From Carcharhinus amblyrhynchos (lineage: Eukaryota), in contig OZ336873.1 of the NCBI GenBank assembly GCA_965287045.1, positions 80,600,001 through 80,664,000 of the forward strand: a stretch of 64,000 nt of DNA, written 5' to 3'. The stretch's first letter is position 1; each line of letters starts with the position of its first letter. Positions 1 to 12,499 of the stretch are shown one piece after another. The notes below the pieces were generated by a model that saw nothing but the letters and a program-made list of their open reading frames with translations, searched no databases and was not told the DNA's origin. Both the position numbers and the translations under genes were made by a program.

Positions 1-109
1 CATGCACTTGTCCAGGACTTCCCGCTCCCTCCCACACCCCCACCGGATATTCAGAAGACACCAGCACTATATCACGTCAGCACCATTTACAACCTAGATG
101 TGAACCTGT

Positions 110-590
110 CATAGGGGTGTCTCAAGGGGTTGGGGGGAATATAAAGGTGAGTATACCCTCCTGGCACTGGCCCTTGGCACAAGTTGGCACTGTGCCCACA
201 CCAACCTGGCAGCGCCACCTTGGCAATGCCAACCTGCGCCAAAAGGCGGGCCCCAGTGAAAGGCTCAAATGGGAGGGAGGTGATTCATTCAAATTTGATA
301 GTGGGCCAGAAGTGGCTGCAGGAGCAGGGGAGGCTAGCAATGCCATTGGGTGGGTTAGAAAAGGTGGTGATGATCAGGAGGAAGTGAGAAAAGGACCAGT
401 GATTGGGAAAGGGGATGGGAGAGAAGTGCTGACTGTGATCTGGGAATGGGAGCCCCTGAGACCTCCGAGGTGGGCTGGGGTGAGGTTGATTCCTGTTCTG
501 ATTGGGGCATCGTTTGACGATGGCACCTCAATCTCAGTGCAGCCAGGTTTTGCCGGCGTATTGAGGGTCCCTCTACCCCCGCATAAGTTT
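110..590. mobile_element. Fragment of a GC-rich non-autonomous DNA-transposon-like repeat (PIF/Harbinger-like family also at 23.4k, 49.5k, 58.4k)
   Basis: Shares internal TGGCAC/GTGCCA/TTGGCA motifs and G-rich tracts with the TIR-bounded copies; ends not resolved. Confidence 0.35.
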
Positions 591-3500
591 GCCTGATTAA
601 ATCCTGATGCCCAGGAGTAGGTGAACATCAGCCTCCAGTTCTCAGTGTTACTCTGAAGTGGTTGCACTATGAAATAAACCTGCCTCTAGATTTGGTTTAT
701 CAGCAGTTTGAAGGTACTCGAACAGAAATAGATACTGGCTGATGTCCTGTTTCAGAATGCTCACTGGCCCTTCTTTGCCAATCTGCTTAGTAATCTCTTA
801 AATACCTATTCAGAACAACATATGTATATTAGATGACTGCAATTATGCCAATAAAGCTATTGAAAATTAGACTTTTGGGACTGTCCCATGAAGAACCAAC
901 TCCATGAATGAACAAATTACTTCAGTTTGTCCTTACAGACTTAACTCTTAACTTCCCTGGATAACTACTCTGAATCTGTGTAAATAACCCACAATGTGCG
1001 CTAGCATTTGCTCTTAAGTCAGTGTGAATAGGGGCCAGTGAGTTGAGACTCTGGTTGGACATTCTCACGTAGCTCACTGATTAAGACCTCCAAGTTGCTG
1101 CAAGGCAGGGGTGACCAAGAATGGGAGAAGTAAACGATGGAGAAGGGAAGAGTTTGAGAGGGAGGAATGGACTAGAAGAGGAAAGGCAGAAATCAGAGGT
1201 GGGGGCAGAGGTAACAATGGAGGGCTGCGCCAGAAGGGGTGGAGAAGTGGAGCCTTCAAAATGCAGTTGCATGTCCTGCTCCCCGGCTCCAAATTCTGTT
1301 AACCTTTTTTTAAATTGACTTTTTTCACAGAGGTCTCCAGTGATCACTTAAAAAAATCATTGTTTTTATTGCATCTGGACAAAGTTTTCTTGAGTACAGC
1401 TATCCAAGCTCTTTACATCAGTCTCCTTTAACAGATTTCTGCAGATCCTTTGGAGGTGAACTTGACTTTCAGCTGTTGCACGAAACAGATGACAGCAGTT
1501 TGACAACCCGTTTGCGCCTTGTCCAATTTTCTTTTGCAATGAAGTCAATTGAAATCAAGTGGGATGTAGAACAGCTTCCAGTTCACTGTCATACATTTTG
1601 CGATGCCATCAAACTCCAGTATGACCTTCCCTGAAATTTCTGAGCTTGACAGGAAGTTAAAGCCTTGTCCTTTTACCTTCTCTCCTTGCTCTCAGTGCAA
1701 GTCATGCTAGCAAGTTAGCCTGCCTTTGAGAGCCAACTAGAGAATGAAGCAATTTCAACAAATTGGGGTAGAGTTTCTGATTTGAGTGCAATCAGGAAAT
1801 TGCAACCATAATATGTTCAAAATTGCTCTAATTGGCATGAGATTGAATCATAGAGCACTGCTTCCAGCCACTTTATGCAGATTTGCCTTTCACTCTTTCT
1901 CTCCTGAATTGCTGTTGCTAGACTGGTGGCTTTCTTTGGTGTCTGGAAACAGGAACTCAGGGAGAAAGCTGGTGTGAGGGAAAGGCACTGGAGTTGACTG
2001 CAACAGGTTCTAGATGATATCAGGAACTTGTTCATCATGCCAATTGCAGGATGAGTATTATGGGAGAGGAGAGTGGGGCATAAGGCAAGTAATGCCATTA
2101 TCCTCAATATTCATGGTGATATTTGTCACAGTTGGCCCCATGTTGCTGAGCCCCATTTCCTCAAGAGCTGCAGAAGACTTTGTTCCCCTTTGGTTGTGCT
2201 ATCCTCCCTTCTGTAGTGTACCTTCTTATCTGCAAGAGACAGGACAAATGTCAATGGTTGTATAGCAATGTGTTTAGATAACTGACTATTTCTTTAAGGT
2301 CAGATAAGGCCCAAATTCAACCATTGTTCCATGTTGTATTAGCTGATCTCAGTCAGGACTAATCATTTGTGATGCCCTCAGTGGTAATTTTTAGACTAAG
2401 GTCAATTTAGTTTCAGCCTATTCTGCATAGTCATGATTGATGCCCATTCCATTTTCTATGGCAGTCCTCTCTTTGTTACAACCCAACAAATCTACACACG
2501 CTATGTCAATAGCCTAACAGATACTGTGTCCTGTTGAACTCCAGCAACAATCAATATTACAGGCGGTAGATGAGGGCATGATCTGGCTTTCCTGTATGTT
2601 CCATTAAATGATCTGCCAATATCCATTGTCCCGACATACACATAACAACTGGGGCAAGATGCTTCCCGTCAAAGTGCTCATCTCATAAGAAAAGGACAAA
2701 AAATTGCACAGAAAAGATTAATGGTTGATTATCAGGTTTTCTGAGATGTTGGTAAGAAAGAAAATGATTAGTTTTGTTTCAGTAGACCACATAATCAGTG
2801 AACTGGCTGGGAGGTGCAAGTAAGTCTGGTACTGTGGGGAGAGAAGAATTAACATCGATAAAAACATGCATTAACTTGGGGTGGTTGAGTGATCCTGTCA
2901 CTTTAGCTGTACATCATTTAGTACCATTGGATCATGATGGTCCCTTCCAGTCCTGTGCATTTGGTGTGCTCTCTCTAACTATTTGACTTAGGAACTCTCC
3001 CAAACCAGCTCGATGCTAATGGTTAATAACACTCACTGTTGAAATCAAGATGTACTAAAGTATTTTCAGGAGCAATCAGTAAAGCAAAAGATGGTTGATT
3101 GTTAGTGAGACACTAAAGACATAATTTGTTCTTATGATACCTTCACATCCCAGTCTCCCACCCCCATCCTTTCCAAACATTTTTGTTTCATTCTAAAATT
3201 GTTTCTATTTGCTTAGCTTGAAAGAAGTGCCACTTCACTGCATGTAATTTGATTTCTGGTTTTGAAACTGGAGGACCTAGGAATTTTTATGAAAGTACCC
3301 ATTTCAAAGTGAAAGTAACAGCTGTGCAGTGTTGCTCTTTCCTATTTAAATAACCATCCGATTGTAAGTGCTTCCGTTGTTAAAGGCACGCTGCCCCCTC
3401 AGTTTGACTTTGATCATCTTTGTTTGAATATGTTGAAGTTTACAATCCAGTAAATTGGAGGATAAAAATATGATTAAGAGAACTCATGACCCCCCTCTGA

Positions 3501-4035
3501 TGGATTTGTCTCATCAGAACACAACCCAAATGAAATGACACCGTTACCAAAAGTTGGTAAACACTTTGTCAATACAAACGGGATAGTTAATTTTTTTTTT
3601 GACAGGGGATGTTGAATTCTAAGCCACCCAACAGCCAGTACACAGCCACTGACACGATGTTAATACTGATTGTAGAATCTTGTATATAAAGCCCACGGTC
3701 TCAAATTAATTCAGATTCAAATCTGAAGAAGGGAAGTCCCTCCTGAGAGAAAGTGAAGGCATGTATGGCATTTTCTTGATCGATACTACAAACAGTATAC
3801 ACTTTCAAAATACCCCTTAATGTACTGACTGCACTGAATGCCATTTCCCCATGGATTTTTATGAGCATGATACGGAAATTTAGCAGAGTTGTGGAGAAAA
3901 AATCTTATAAAAGCTTCATAAAGTACTGCTTAATGAATCCAAGACACGGCTAATTATTTCACTCTGATCACATGAGTAAGTCCACTTGATACTGAAATGT
4001 TATTGGATAATATGTTTTCAGTGGAAGCTATAATA

Positions 4036-4162
4036 GGGTGTGATTTTACAGCCGCGCTTACCCCAAAGCCGGAAAATGCCCCCCAAAGTCAGTGGGTCTT
4101 TGCATGGTCCATGCTTCCTCCCGCCCACTACAATTCCCATGGCAGATGGGATAGGAAAATTG
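4036..4162. mobile_element. ~125-bp MITE (GGGCGGAATTTT...AAAATTCCGCCC type)
   Basis: Short TIRs and a shared internal motif (GTCAATGG...CATGGTCC...ATTCCCGTGG); related copies near 4262, 5647, 13585, 25147, 28142, 45286, 51205, 51438, 61352. Confidence 0.6.
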
Positions 4163-4357
4163 TAATGTTCAATTAATTATGCAATTTGATATCTAAAGGA
4201 TAATTTTTGTTGCTGCAGTATTTGCTGCAAATCCTTTATACTGGAGACATAAGCTAGAACTCTAACCACCTCGCCCGCCACAGAATTGGCACGGGTGAGG
4301 GTCAGACAACAGAAATCTCCTTTGACCTTGGGCAGGCGAGGCTGTAAAATCCCGCCC

Positions 4358-4770
4358 ATAGTACAAAGAACAATGAAAATTACAGCACAGGAACAGGCCC
4401 TTCGGCCCTCCAAGCCTGCACTGACCATGCTGCCTGATTTAACTAAAACTCCCTACCCTTTTGGGGACTGTATCCCTCTATTCCCATTCTATTCATGCCC
4501 TTGTGAAGACGCCCCTTAAAATTCAATACCGTATCCACTTCCACTACCTCGCCCGGCAACGAGTTCCAGCCATCCATCACTCTCTGAGTAAAATATCTGC
4601 CTCGTATATCCCCTTCAAACCTTACCCCTCTCACCTTAAACCTGTGCTCCCTAGTAGTTGACTCTTCCACCCTGGGAAAAAGCTTCTGACTATCCACTCT
4701 GTCCATGCCTCTCATAATCTTGTAGACTTCTATCAGGTCTCCCAACCTCTGTCGCTCCATTGAGATCAAT
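4358..4770 (-). mobile_element. CR1/HER1-type LINE 3' fragment
   Basis: ORF 4443-4769: ERQRLGDLIEVYKIMRG...RYFTQRV..WNSLP, the CR1 ORF2 C-terminus, plus 3' tail. Confidence 0.9.
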
Positions 4771-5833
4771 GTGTACAGTATTCTCTTGTAGTTTGATTCT
4801 ATGACATCTCCTGATCAAAATGATTTTACCAGAAACAAACACGCAATGTCATCATTTCCGTTTTTTTTAAAAGTAGCCGAGTGCATAAATAAACAACCAA
4901 ACGCTAAGCTGATGTGACCTGCTGTGGAGTGTTAACTTTTCTAGCCCATCCCTCCCTACCCCCAGCCTAATCAACAATAGAGTCACCGTGCATTAATGTT
5001 GTGCCTATATTATCAGAAACATTTGAGGTGTTTTGTAAATAGTCTTCCTACCTCCTCCACAATCAGTAACCTTACACATTTACACTGATAGTCACAAAGG
5101 CTGTTCACCTTGCAGTTTGTGAATTTTACCCAAAAGTCCACAGGGAAATGTCTTTCAGTTCAGTCAGTTTAAGGGATATTTTGAAAGTGTATACTGTTTG
5201 TAATATTGATTTAAAGAAAGCTGCAAATGCCCTCACTTTGTCTAAAGAGACATATTTCTTCTTCAGATTTGAATTTCAATTAATTTAAGACTGTGGCCTC
5301 ATGCTATAGATTGTAGAATAAAGGCACGAGTAAGGGAGCTAAGGGCCTCTGCAAATTGACTTTACTTCTCTCACCAAAACACAGTCCAAATCAAATGACA
5401 CAACTGCCAATATGTTATAGCTCCGATAACCTCGTTATCAGTTCCAGGAAACTTGAACTGAATGTAAAAAAACAATTTTCAAATTGTAATTTAGATGCAA
5501 ATTTAAAAATATATAAATACAGTTTTTTGTGTATGAAAGTTCTTCGCGATGAAGGGTGATGGCCATGACAATAGAACAACGGAGCTGAAAATAAAAATTG
5601 CAAATGCTCAAAGTCTACAAAGCCATCTGCAACTGAAGGATTGAAGGCAGGGATTTTCCAGCCTTGCCTTGGCCTTACCCACCATGGGGACTGAGGAGCC
5701 GGCCCGAAGTCCATTCACTTTGCAACCATTGGGATTTCCCAATCCTGCTGAGTTTCAGATGGGAGATTGGTGTGGTTCTGATGGAGGATCCTCCAGAAAT
5801 GTTTACCTCCTTTTTCCCCCTCAGACCTGCTAT

Positions 5834-6426
5834 TGGATTTGATTTGATTTATTATTGTCACAAGCATTATCTTGCATGCTATGCACACAAAGCATACTAT
5901 TCATAGAGAAGGAAAAGAGAGAATGCAGAATGTAATGTTACAGTCATAGTTAGATGTAGAGAAAGATCAACTTAGTGTGTGGTAGTTCCATAAAAGCCTA
6001 ATAGCAGCAGGGAAGAAGCTGCTCTTGAGCCGGTTGGTGTATGATCTCAAACTTGTGTCCTTTTTCCAGTGGCAGAAGGTGGAAGAGAATATGTCCGGGG
6101 TGCGTGCAGTCCTTAATTATGCTGGCTGCCTTTCCAAGACAGTGGGAAATATAGACAGAGTCAATGGATGGGAGGCTGGTTTGCATTATGGACTGGGCCC
6201 CATTCATGACTCTTTGTAGTTCCTTGTGGTCTTGGGCAGAGCAGAAGCTGTGATACAACCAGAGTTAATGCTTTCTATAGTGCATCTGTAAAAGTTGATG
6301 AGAGTCATAGCTGACATGCCAAATTTCCTTCATCTTCTGCGAAAGTAGACGCGTTAATGGACTTTCTTAACTATAGTGTCAGCATGGGGGGGGAGCCAGG
6401 ACAGATTGTTGGTGATCCGGACACCT
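5834..6426 (-). mobile_element. Rex1/Babar LINE 3' fragment
   Basis: CSAQDHKELQRVMNGAQSIMQTSLPSIDSVY...KAASIIKDCTHPGH; (ATCAA)n-type tail. Confidence 0.8.
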
Positions 6427-7590
6427 GTTACATTTCTTGCCCCTTCTGCTTTAATGTCTTCATTGCAATTTTGCTGTTGGAGGGAATTCCAAGCATTTTG
6501 TTGTCAGGTATGGAATTCATTCAATTGTAACTCTGTGCTCCTGTTGCTAATGAATCTCAAACCCTAGTTTTGAAAGTAAATACCCTCACTGTTGTCAGTG
6601 AGCCACCATTAGTGCCAGTCATTTTTATTTAACAGTATAACCAGCTGGGCTGTGTGTCAGTTTGAAAAACAAACACAGATCAATAATGTTTAAATGGCTT
6701 TGCAATCTATGTCAGTCTCCTGGATCATGAATCTCACAGCTAACGCGTCGCTGATATTGAAACCCCAGTATTATTGTGACCTTTCGATTCCTTACATTCT
6801 CTATCCTATGACCTGTCAGCACAGACTACAGGAAAGAGTGTCAAGTTCGGGGTAGAGTTTATTCTGTGACTCACAGCCACCATTCATCTCACTTTGGTGA
6901 CCTTTAACTGGCAATAATAGAGAAAGAGGACCTTCAGTTCTGAAAGTCTCCAGAGGGGGAACGACAATACTCTGAAACTGTGTGACACCTTTAAGTGTCA
7001 GCTCTATTCATTGCAATAATTCAGACGTTTTTTCTTTATACTACATAAATGAATCACTAATGGCTGGTATAAAGGGAGAGTAACCATTCCTCTCTATCTT
7101 CTGTTTTTCTACTTCCAAGAAAGAAATAATAAGGCTGGACAAAGCTTAGCGCCGCACTGCTGAGTGTTATTGTACTGTTTTTATAAATGATTCATTTCTT
7201 CTTCCAGCCAGCTAGAGAGTTTTATTCCATTGGGCCAAGACTCCAGCTGTGTATTTAAACAGAATTCCAGGTGATTAAAAAAAAAACAATCCACTTCTTG
7301 TAAGTGATCCACATTTGCCTACTAATTCAGAGCAAGCCACCGGTTCCTTTCTGTGAGTCATGTTTGTGTTCCTGCTGTAAACACTGCTTGAATGCTAAAG
7401 TAGAGAATTAATATCTAACCAGGGCATAATTCAGTCCAGCAGTTATCAAAGTGGAAAGTGCATAAGGCTTTAACTGAACGATTTTACCAAAAAGCAAAAA
7501 AAGAAATTAAGACCAATAAACAAAACTTACAGGCTAAGTATTAGGTTGACTCAAAATGACCATCAGCAATAAGAGACACTCTAACCACCA

Positions 7591-8290
7591 CCGCTCAATG
7601 GTATTACCATCATTGAATCCCCCATGTCAACATCCTCAGGTTACCATTGACCAGAAACTAATCTGGACTCACCACAAAAAACAGTGGCTACAAGAGCAGC
7701 TCAGATGCTAGGAATACCGCAGCGAGTAACTCACCTACTGGCTTCCCAGAGTCTGTCTATCATCTAAAAGGCACAAGTCAGGAGTGTGATGGAATACTCC
7801 CCACTTGCCTGGATGAGTGCACTCCAACAATACTCAAGAAGCTTGACACCATCCAGGACAAAGCAGCCTGTTTGGCACCACATCCGCAAACATCATTCCT
7901 TCCACAACCGACGCTTCGCAGCAGCAGTGTGTACTCTCTGCAAGATACACTGCAGCAATTCACCAAAGATTCTTAGACAGCACCTTCCAAACCCAAAACC
8001 ACTTCCATCCAGAAGGCTAAGGCCAACAGATAGATGGGAAACACTATCACTTGCAACTTCCCCTCCAGACCACTCACCATCCTAACTTAGAAATAATCAC
8101 TATTCTTTTGCAGTCGCTTGGTCAACATCCTGGAATTCCCTCCCTAATGGCATTGTGGGTAAACCCACAGCACATGGACTACAGGATTCAAGAAGGCAGC
8201 TCACCACCATCTTAAGGGCAACCAGGGATGGGCAATAAATACTGGCCAGCCAGCAACGCCCCGTCACCTTAAATGAATGTAAAAAAATTA
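7591..8290 (+). mobile_element. CR1-group (Zenon-like) LINE 3' fragment
   Basis: Decayed KAQVRSVMEYSPLAWMS...LDTIQDKAA; tail GGGCAATAA-TACTGGCCAGCCAGC...TGAATG-A(n). Confidence 0.75.
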
Positions 8291-8403
8291 AGTTCAAGAT
8301 CCATAATTTGTATTAACACTTCAGTCTGCCAGTTTCCTGCTCTGGGATGGATCTTAAAGATTCTATAGGATTATTTAGAACAGGGAATTCTCTAGGCACC
8401 AAA

Positions 8404-8700
8404 GGGCATATGATGGCACAATGGTTGGCACTGCTGCCTCATAGCACCAGGTCCCAGGTTCAATTCCAGCCTCAGGTGATTGTGAAGTTTGCACTTTCTC
8501 CCTGTGTCTGCATGGGTTTCCTCCCAGTTCTCTGATTTCTTCCCACAGTCCAAAGATGTGTAGGTTAGGTGAATTAACCATGATAAATGTGTGAGGTTAT
8601 GAGGAAAGGGTATGGGTGTGAGTCTGGTTAAGGTGTTCTTTTGAAGATTTGGTGCAGACTTGATGGCTGAATGGCCTCCTTCTGCACTGTAGGGATTCTG
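8404..8700 (+). mobile_element. HE1/V-type tRNA SINE, CR1-type tail (tail A)
   Basis: tRNA head with A/B boxes, V-domain (GGGTTTCCTCC...CCCACAGTCCAAAGA), ends GGCCTCCTTCTGCACTGTAGGGATTC. Confidence 0.85.
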
Positions 8701-8845
8701 TAAAAATACTGCGGGTTCTGGCAATCTGAAATAAAAACAAAAAATGCTGGAAATATCCAGCAGGGCAGGGCGCATCTGTGGAAAGAAACACATTTCCCGT
8801 CAAGATGATCTGATGTAAGGTCACGTTGATTGAACCATTAATTCT
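8700..8845 (-). mobile_element. Penelope-like pLTR remnant (family B) with decayed fold-back
   Basis: AAATACTGCGG..CTGGCAATCTGAAATAAAAACA...GCATCTGTGG head shared with 36093 and 58012, followed by CTGATGTAAGGTCA...TGAAAC. Confidence 0.55.
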
Positions 8846-9502
8846 CCAGGTGTCTGGGCCAATATTTCTCCCCAAAACACACTAACAATTATCTAGGCTG
8901 GCGGTCTCTCATTACATGCAAAATGATTGTTATTCTGCAGTCAAATGTGACAATCACCACACTCTATATGATTCATTGTATGTAATGCATTTTGAGAGAG
9001 GTTTCTGAGAAAGTATATTGGTAATTGTTATCCAAAGTATCACACCCAACATCTATTTAAAATTTGATTTAAAAGTAAGGACATTTCAAAAAGGATTCTC
9101 TTCCGTCAAGCTAGTCCAATATATTTGTTATTTGCTCTTTCTGTCCGCTCATTTCCACACTTTCAGTCATGCTTCAGTGGAGTTAGAGAGTTAGAGCTAC
9201 AACAGCATAGCCTTACATTTCTAGACCCTGTTCCCCTTGATCGTAACTCCCTCTTTGGAGTGAAGGAGCGATGAATACTGCCCCTGAGCCTAGGATTTCC
9301 CAACCGATTCCACATGTGCAATGCTCCTCACCTCTGTTCTGTGTGCCATATACTCCCACCACCCAAATATTGCCCAAAAATGAGTCCAAAGCAGAGGAAG
9401 GATAGGTGTTGACTTGTTTCTGCTGTTCTCCTGGACAACATTGCAACACTTCATCTGTGGCTGTGCAGTGCAGCCGTTGTATCGGAATAAATATCAGAGA
9501 GC

Positions 9503-9846
9503 TTTTTTTTTAATTCGTGGAATATGGGCATCACTGGCTGGCCAGCATTTATTGCCCATCCCTAGTTGTCCTTGAAAGGCAGTTGAGAGTCAATCACATT
9601 GCTGTGGCTCTGGAGTCACATGTAGGCCAGACCAGGTAAGAATGGCAGATTTCCTTCCTAAAGGACATTAGTGACCCAGATGGGTTTTTCCTGACAATCA
9701 ACAATGGTTTCATGGTCATCAGTAGATTCTTAATTCCAGCTATTTTTTACTGAATTCGAATTTCAAAATCTGCCGTGGCATGATTTGAACCAAGTCCCCA
9801 GAACAGTAGCTGAGCTTCTGGATTAATAGTCTAGCCATCGCCTGCC
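9503..9846 (-). mobile_element. tRNA-derived SINE with Zenon-like LINE tail (type C)
   Basis: Reverse complement of 32716-33066; tail matches the 3' end of the LINE at 7591-8290. Confidence 0.8.
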
Positions 9847-10276
9847 CTTGAACAGTTGTTAAAGGGTCTGGCATTCGTCAATAGCAGTGCTTTCACGTGA
9901 TCTTCTACACAGAGTTCCTCTAACTTGATGGGCCAAATGACCTCCTTCTGCACTATAGGGATTTTGTGAAAATACTGCAGATACTGGATGTAGATCACAA
10001 AACTTATCATAAAACCGGCACTGTAGTTATGTCCCAAATACCTGAGGAGACTTTTTCATTTCAAGTTGTGTTGTGGCTTCAGTTATTGAATTCTATTAAT
10101 TTTTTTCACTTTGTCATGGAGACTGAGTTTTTAGTACTCTGCCTTCCTACAATATAGCTGTTTGGAGGCAACTGTGTGGAAACAATCGTAAGTCCACTTG
10201 TCAACTGCTGAAGCTATTCTGCTGATTCTCCCCTGAGCTACTAAGAAACATTGTCCCATCAGAGAACAAGTGTGGT

Positions 10277-10582
10277 GGGTGACATGGTGACACAATAGTC
10301 AGCACTGCTGCCTCGCAGCGCCAGGGACCTGTGTTCAATTCCTTCCTTGGGTCACTGTCTGTGCGGAATCTGCACATCCTCTCTGTGTCTGCGTGGGTTT
10401 CCTCCGGGTGCTCCGGTTCCCTCCGACAGTGAACGACTTCCTGGTTAGGTGCATTGGCCGTGCTAAATTCTCCCTCATTGTACTCAAGCAGATGCCGCAA
10501 TGTGGCGACTAGAGGATTTTCACAGTAACTGCATTGCAATGTTAATTTGTGCTACTTGTGACACTAATAACAAAACTTAAAG
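10277..10582 (+). mobile_element. HE1/V-type SINE, alternative tail B
   Basis: Same head as tail-A copies; ends ...CATTGCAATGTTAAT...CTACTTGTGACACTAATAA. Confidence 0.85.
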
Positions 10583-10717
10583 AATCCCTCTCCCACTGTC
10601 TGTACAACCACTTAAATATGCCTGGAATGAAAAGAAAGAGGAATCAAATCAAAACCTTCCTTTATTCCTGAACCATCATTTTTTCATGCACAGGCATGTT
10701 TTCTCTGTTGCTACACT

Positions 10718-10922
10718 TATTGGTATCCTGGCTAATATTATCCTTCAGCCAGAAGGACAAAAACAGACTGGTCATCATCACGTTACTCCTTGTTGGAAGC
10801 TTGCTGTGTGCACACTGGCACACCATTCTCTGCATTGTAACACTGCTTACATTCAAAAATCAGCTGGAAAGCGCTTTGGAATGCCCTGAAACCATGAAAG
10901 GTACAATACAAGTCTTCTTTTC
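10718..10922 (+). mobile_element. Ancient DeuSINE/SacSINE1-like fragment with L2-type tail
   Basis: TCCTGGCTAATATT...CTGGTCATCATCAC...GCTTGCTGTGTGCA...AAAGCGCTTTGG...TGAAAGG, recognised from memory of Deu-domain SINEs. Confidence 0.5.
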
Positions 10923-11211
10923 CTTTCCTTTGGCTGCTTGGCACCATGTTGCTGCCTTTCTGTCATTCCCTTCAAAGCAAACTGCAGGAGGCATGAGCTT
11001 CCATTTGGTGTTGCTGCTGCCACCATCCCAGCCATGGCATTGCATACAACGCCATGCCACTCACAGAGAAATCTTTAAATGAGCATGAAGAATTTTGTCA
11101 TGCAAACCACTATTGCCAACGTCCTACTCTTTAGAAGCTGTCCAAATGAAAACCCTGCTCTATTTAATGTATAGATTTAGATGGAGTACATTAAGAGCAG
11201 CTGATTCCAAA

Positions 11212-11764
11212 TAAGGGACGTTTTGCTTCAATAGGGCATTGGTAGGCAGCACCTGGAGTATTGCGTGCAGTTTTGGCGTCCTTATGAGGAAGGATGCCCT
11301 TGCTATAGATGAAGGTGCAGCAAAGGTTTACCAGGCTGATTCCTGGGATGGATGGTCTGTCATATGAGGAAAGACAGAGTCGGTTTGGATTATATTCTCT
11401 GGAGTTTAGAAGAGTGAGGGGATCTCACAGAAACTTAGAAAATTCTAACACAGTTCGACAAAGAATATTTCCAAAGGGTCATAGTTTGAGGATAAAGGGC
11501 AAACCTTTTAGAACTGAGGTGAGGAGAAATTTCTTCACTCGGAGGGTGATGAATGTCTGGAATTCACTAGCACAGAAAGTAATTGAGGCTAAGACATTGT
11601 GTGATTTCAAGAAGAAATTAAATATAGCTCTTGAGATTAAAGGGATCTGGGGGTAAGATGGGATCAGGATATTGAATTTGATGATCAGCCATGATTGTAA
11701 TGAATGCCAGGGGAGCAGGCTGGAAGGGTTGAGTGGCCTAAGTCTATTTCTAGTTTCTATGTAT
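11212..11764 (+). mobile_element. CR1 LINE 3' fragment
   Basis: VQQRFTRLIPGMDGLSYEER...RRNFFTRRVMNVWNSL and 3' UTR. Confidence 0.9.
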
Positions 11765-11938
11765 AGACCATAGAAAATTACAGCACAAACAGGCCCTTCG
11801 GCCTACAAGTTGCGCTGACCATAGCCCTACCTACTAGGCCACCTATAACCCTCAATCCCATTAAATCCCATATACTCATCCAGAAGTCTCTTAAAAGACC
11901 CCAACAAGTTCGCCTCCACCACCACCAACGGCAACCAG
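11765..11938 (-). mobile_element. CR1 LINE 3' end, tail-to-tail with the previous copy
   Basis: CATAGAAAATTACAGCACAAACAGGCCCTTCGGCC tail on the minus strand. Confidence 0.7.
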
Positions 11939-11985
11939 TTTCTGTAACTGAAGGATCAATGATCAGAGAGCCCAGATTTAAGATG

Positions 11986-12330
11986 TTTTTTCTTTTATTC
12001 TTTTGTGGGATGGGGGCATCACTAGCAAGGGTAGCATTTGTTGTTCATTCCGAACCATCCTTTGGAAGGTGGTGGTGACTTGTCATCTTTAACCATTGCA
12101 GCCCATGTGGTATAGGTACAACATGATGTGGATGTGCCGGCGTTGGACTGGCGTAAACACAGTAAAAAGTCTGACAACACCAGGTTTTAGTCCAACCTAT
12201 TTATTAATAAATAGGTTGGACTAAAACCTGGTGTTGTCAGACTTTTTACTGTATAGGTACAACCACAGTACTATTTGGAAGAGAGTTCCAGGATTTTAAT
12301 TCTGAGTGAAGGACTGGTGATATAATTTCA
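11986..12330 (-). mobile_element. Zenon-like LINE 3' fragment, host of Penelope hairpin 1
   Basis: Matches the reverse complement of 8110-8290; continuous across the duplication at 12110-12122/12251-12263. Confidence 0.65.
12123..12252 (-). mobile_element. Penelope-like family A fold-back insertion, copy 1 (perfect 94-bp palindrome)
   Basis: Arms 12159-12205 and 12206-12252, no spacer; unpaired tail 12123-12158; flanking duplication GTATAGGTACAAC. Confidence 0.85.
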
Positions 12331-12499
12331 CGCAATGAATGCTTAGGATTTTGAATTCACTGTCTGTTGAGTGATGGAAACAGTTTATAGGAAGTCTATT
12401 CTTGAGGATTCAGGACATCAGGAGGGCAAAAACAGAGTGACAGAGCACTTTGTGGTGAAAAACGTTACTCTCTGACTTTACGAACATTCTCCATATTGC

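Larger units (their letters stand above)
3690..5299. mobile_element. Old element with long (~170 bp) terminal inverted repeats
   Basis: 3690-3860 is the diverged reverse complement of 5132-5299, with a perfect 26-bp core (3787-3812 vs 5177-5202); GATTGTAGAAT direct repeat at 3668-3678 and 5309-5319. Confidence 0.7.

Noticed and set aside
3723-3755. CTGAAGA...GAAA as a hammerhead in the old inverted-repeat arm
   Set aside because: Stem II to GAAA spacing is wrong, stem I is absent and the partner arm does not keep the stem.
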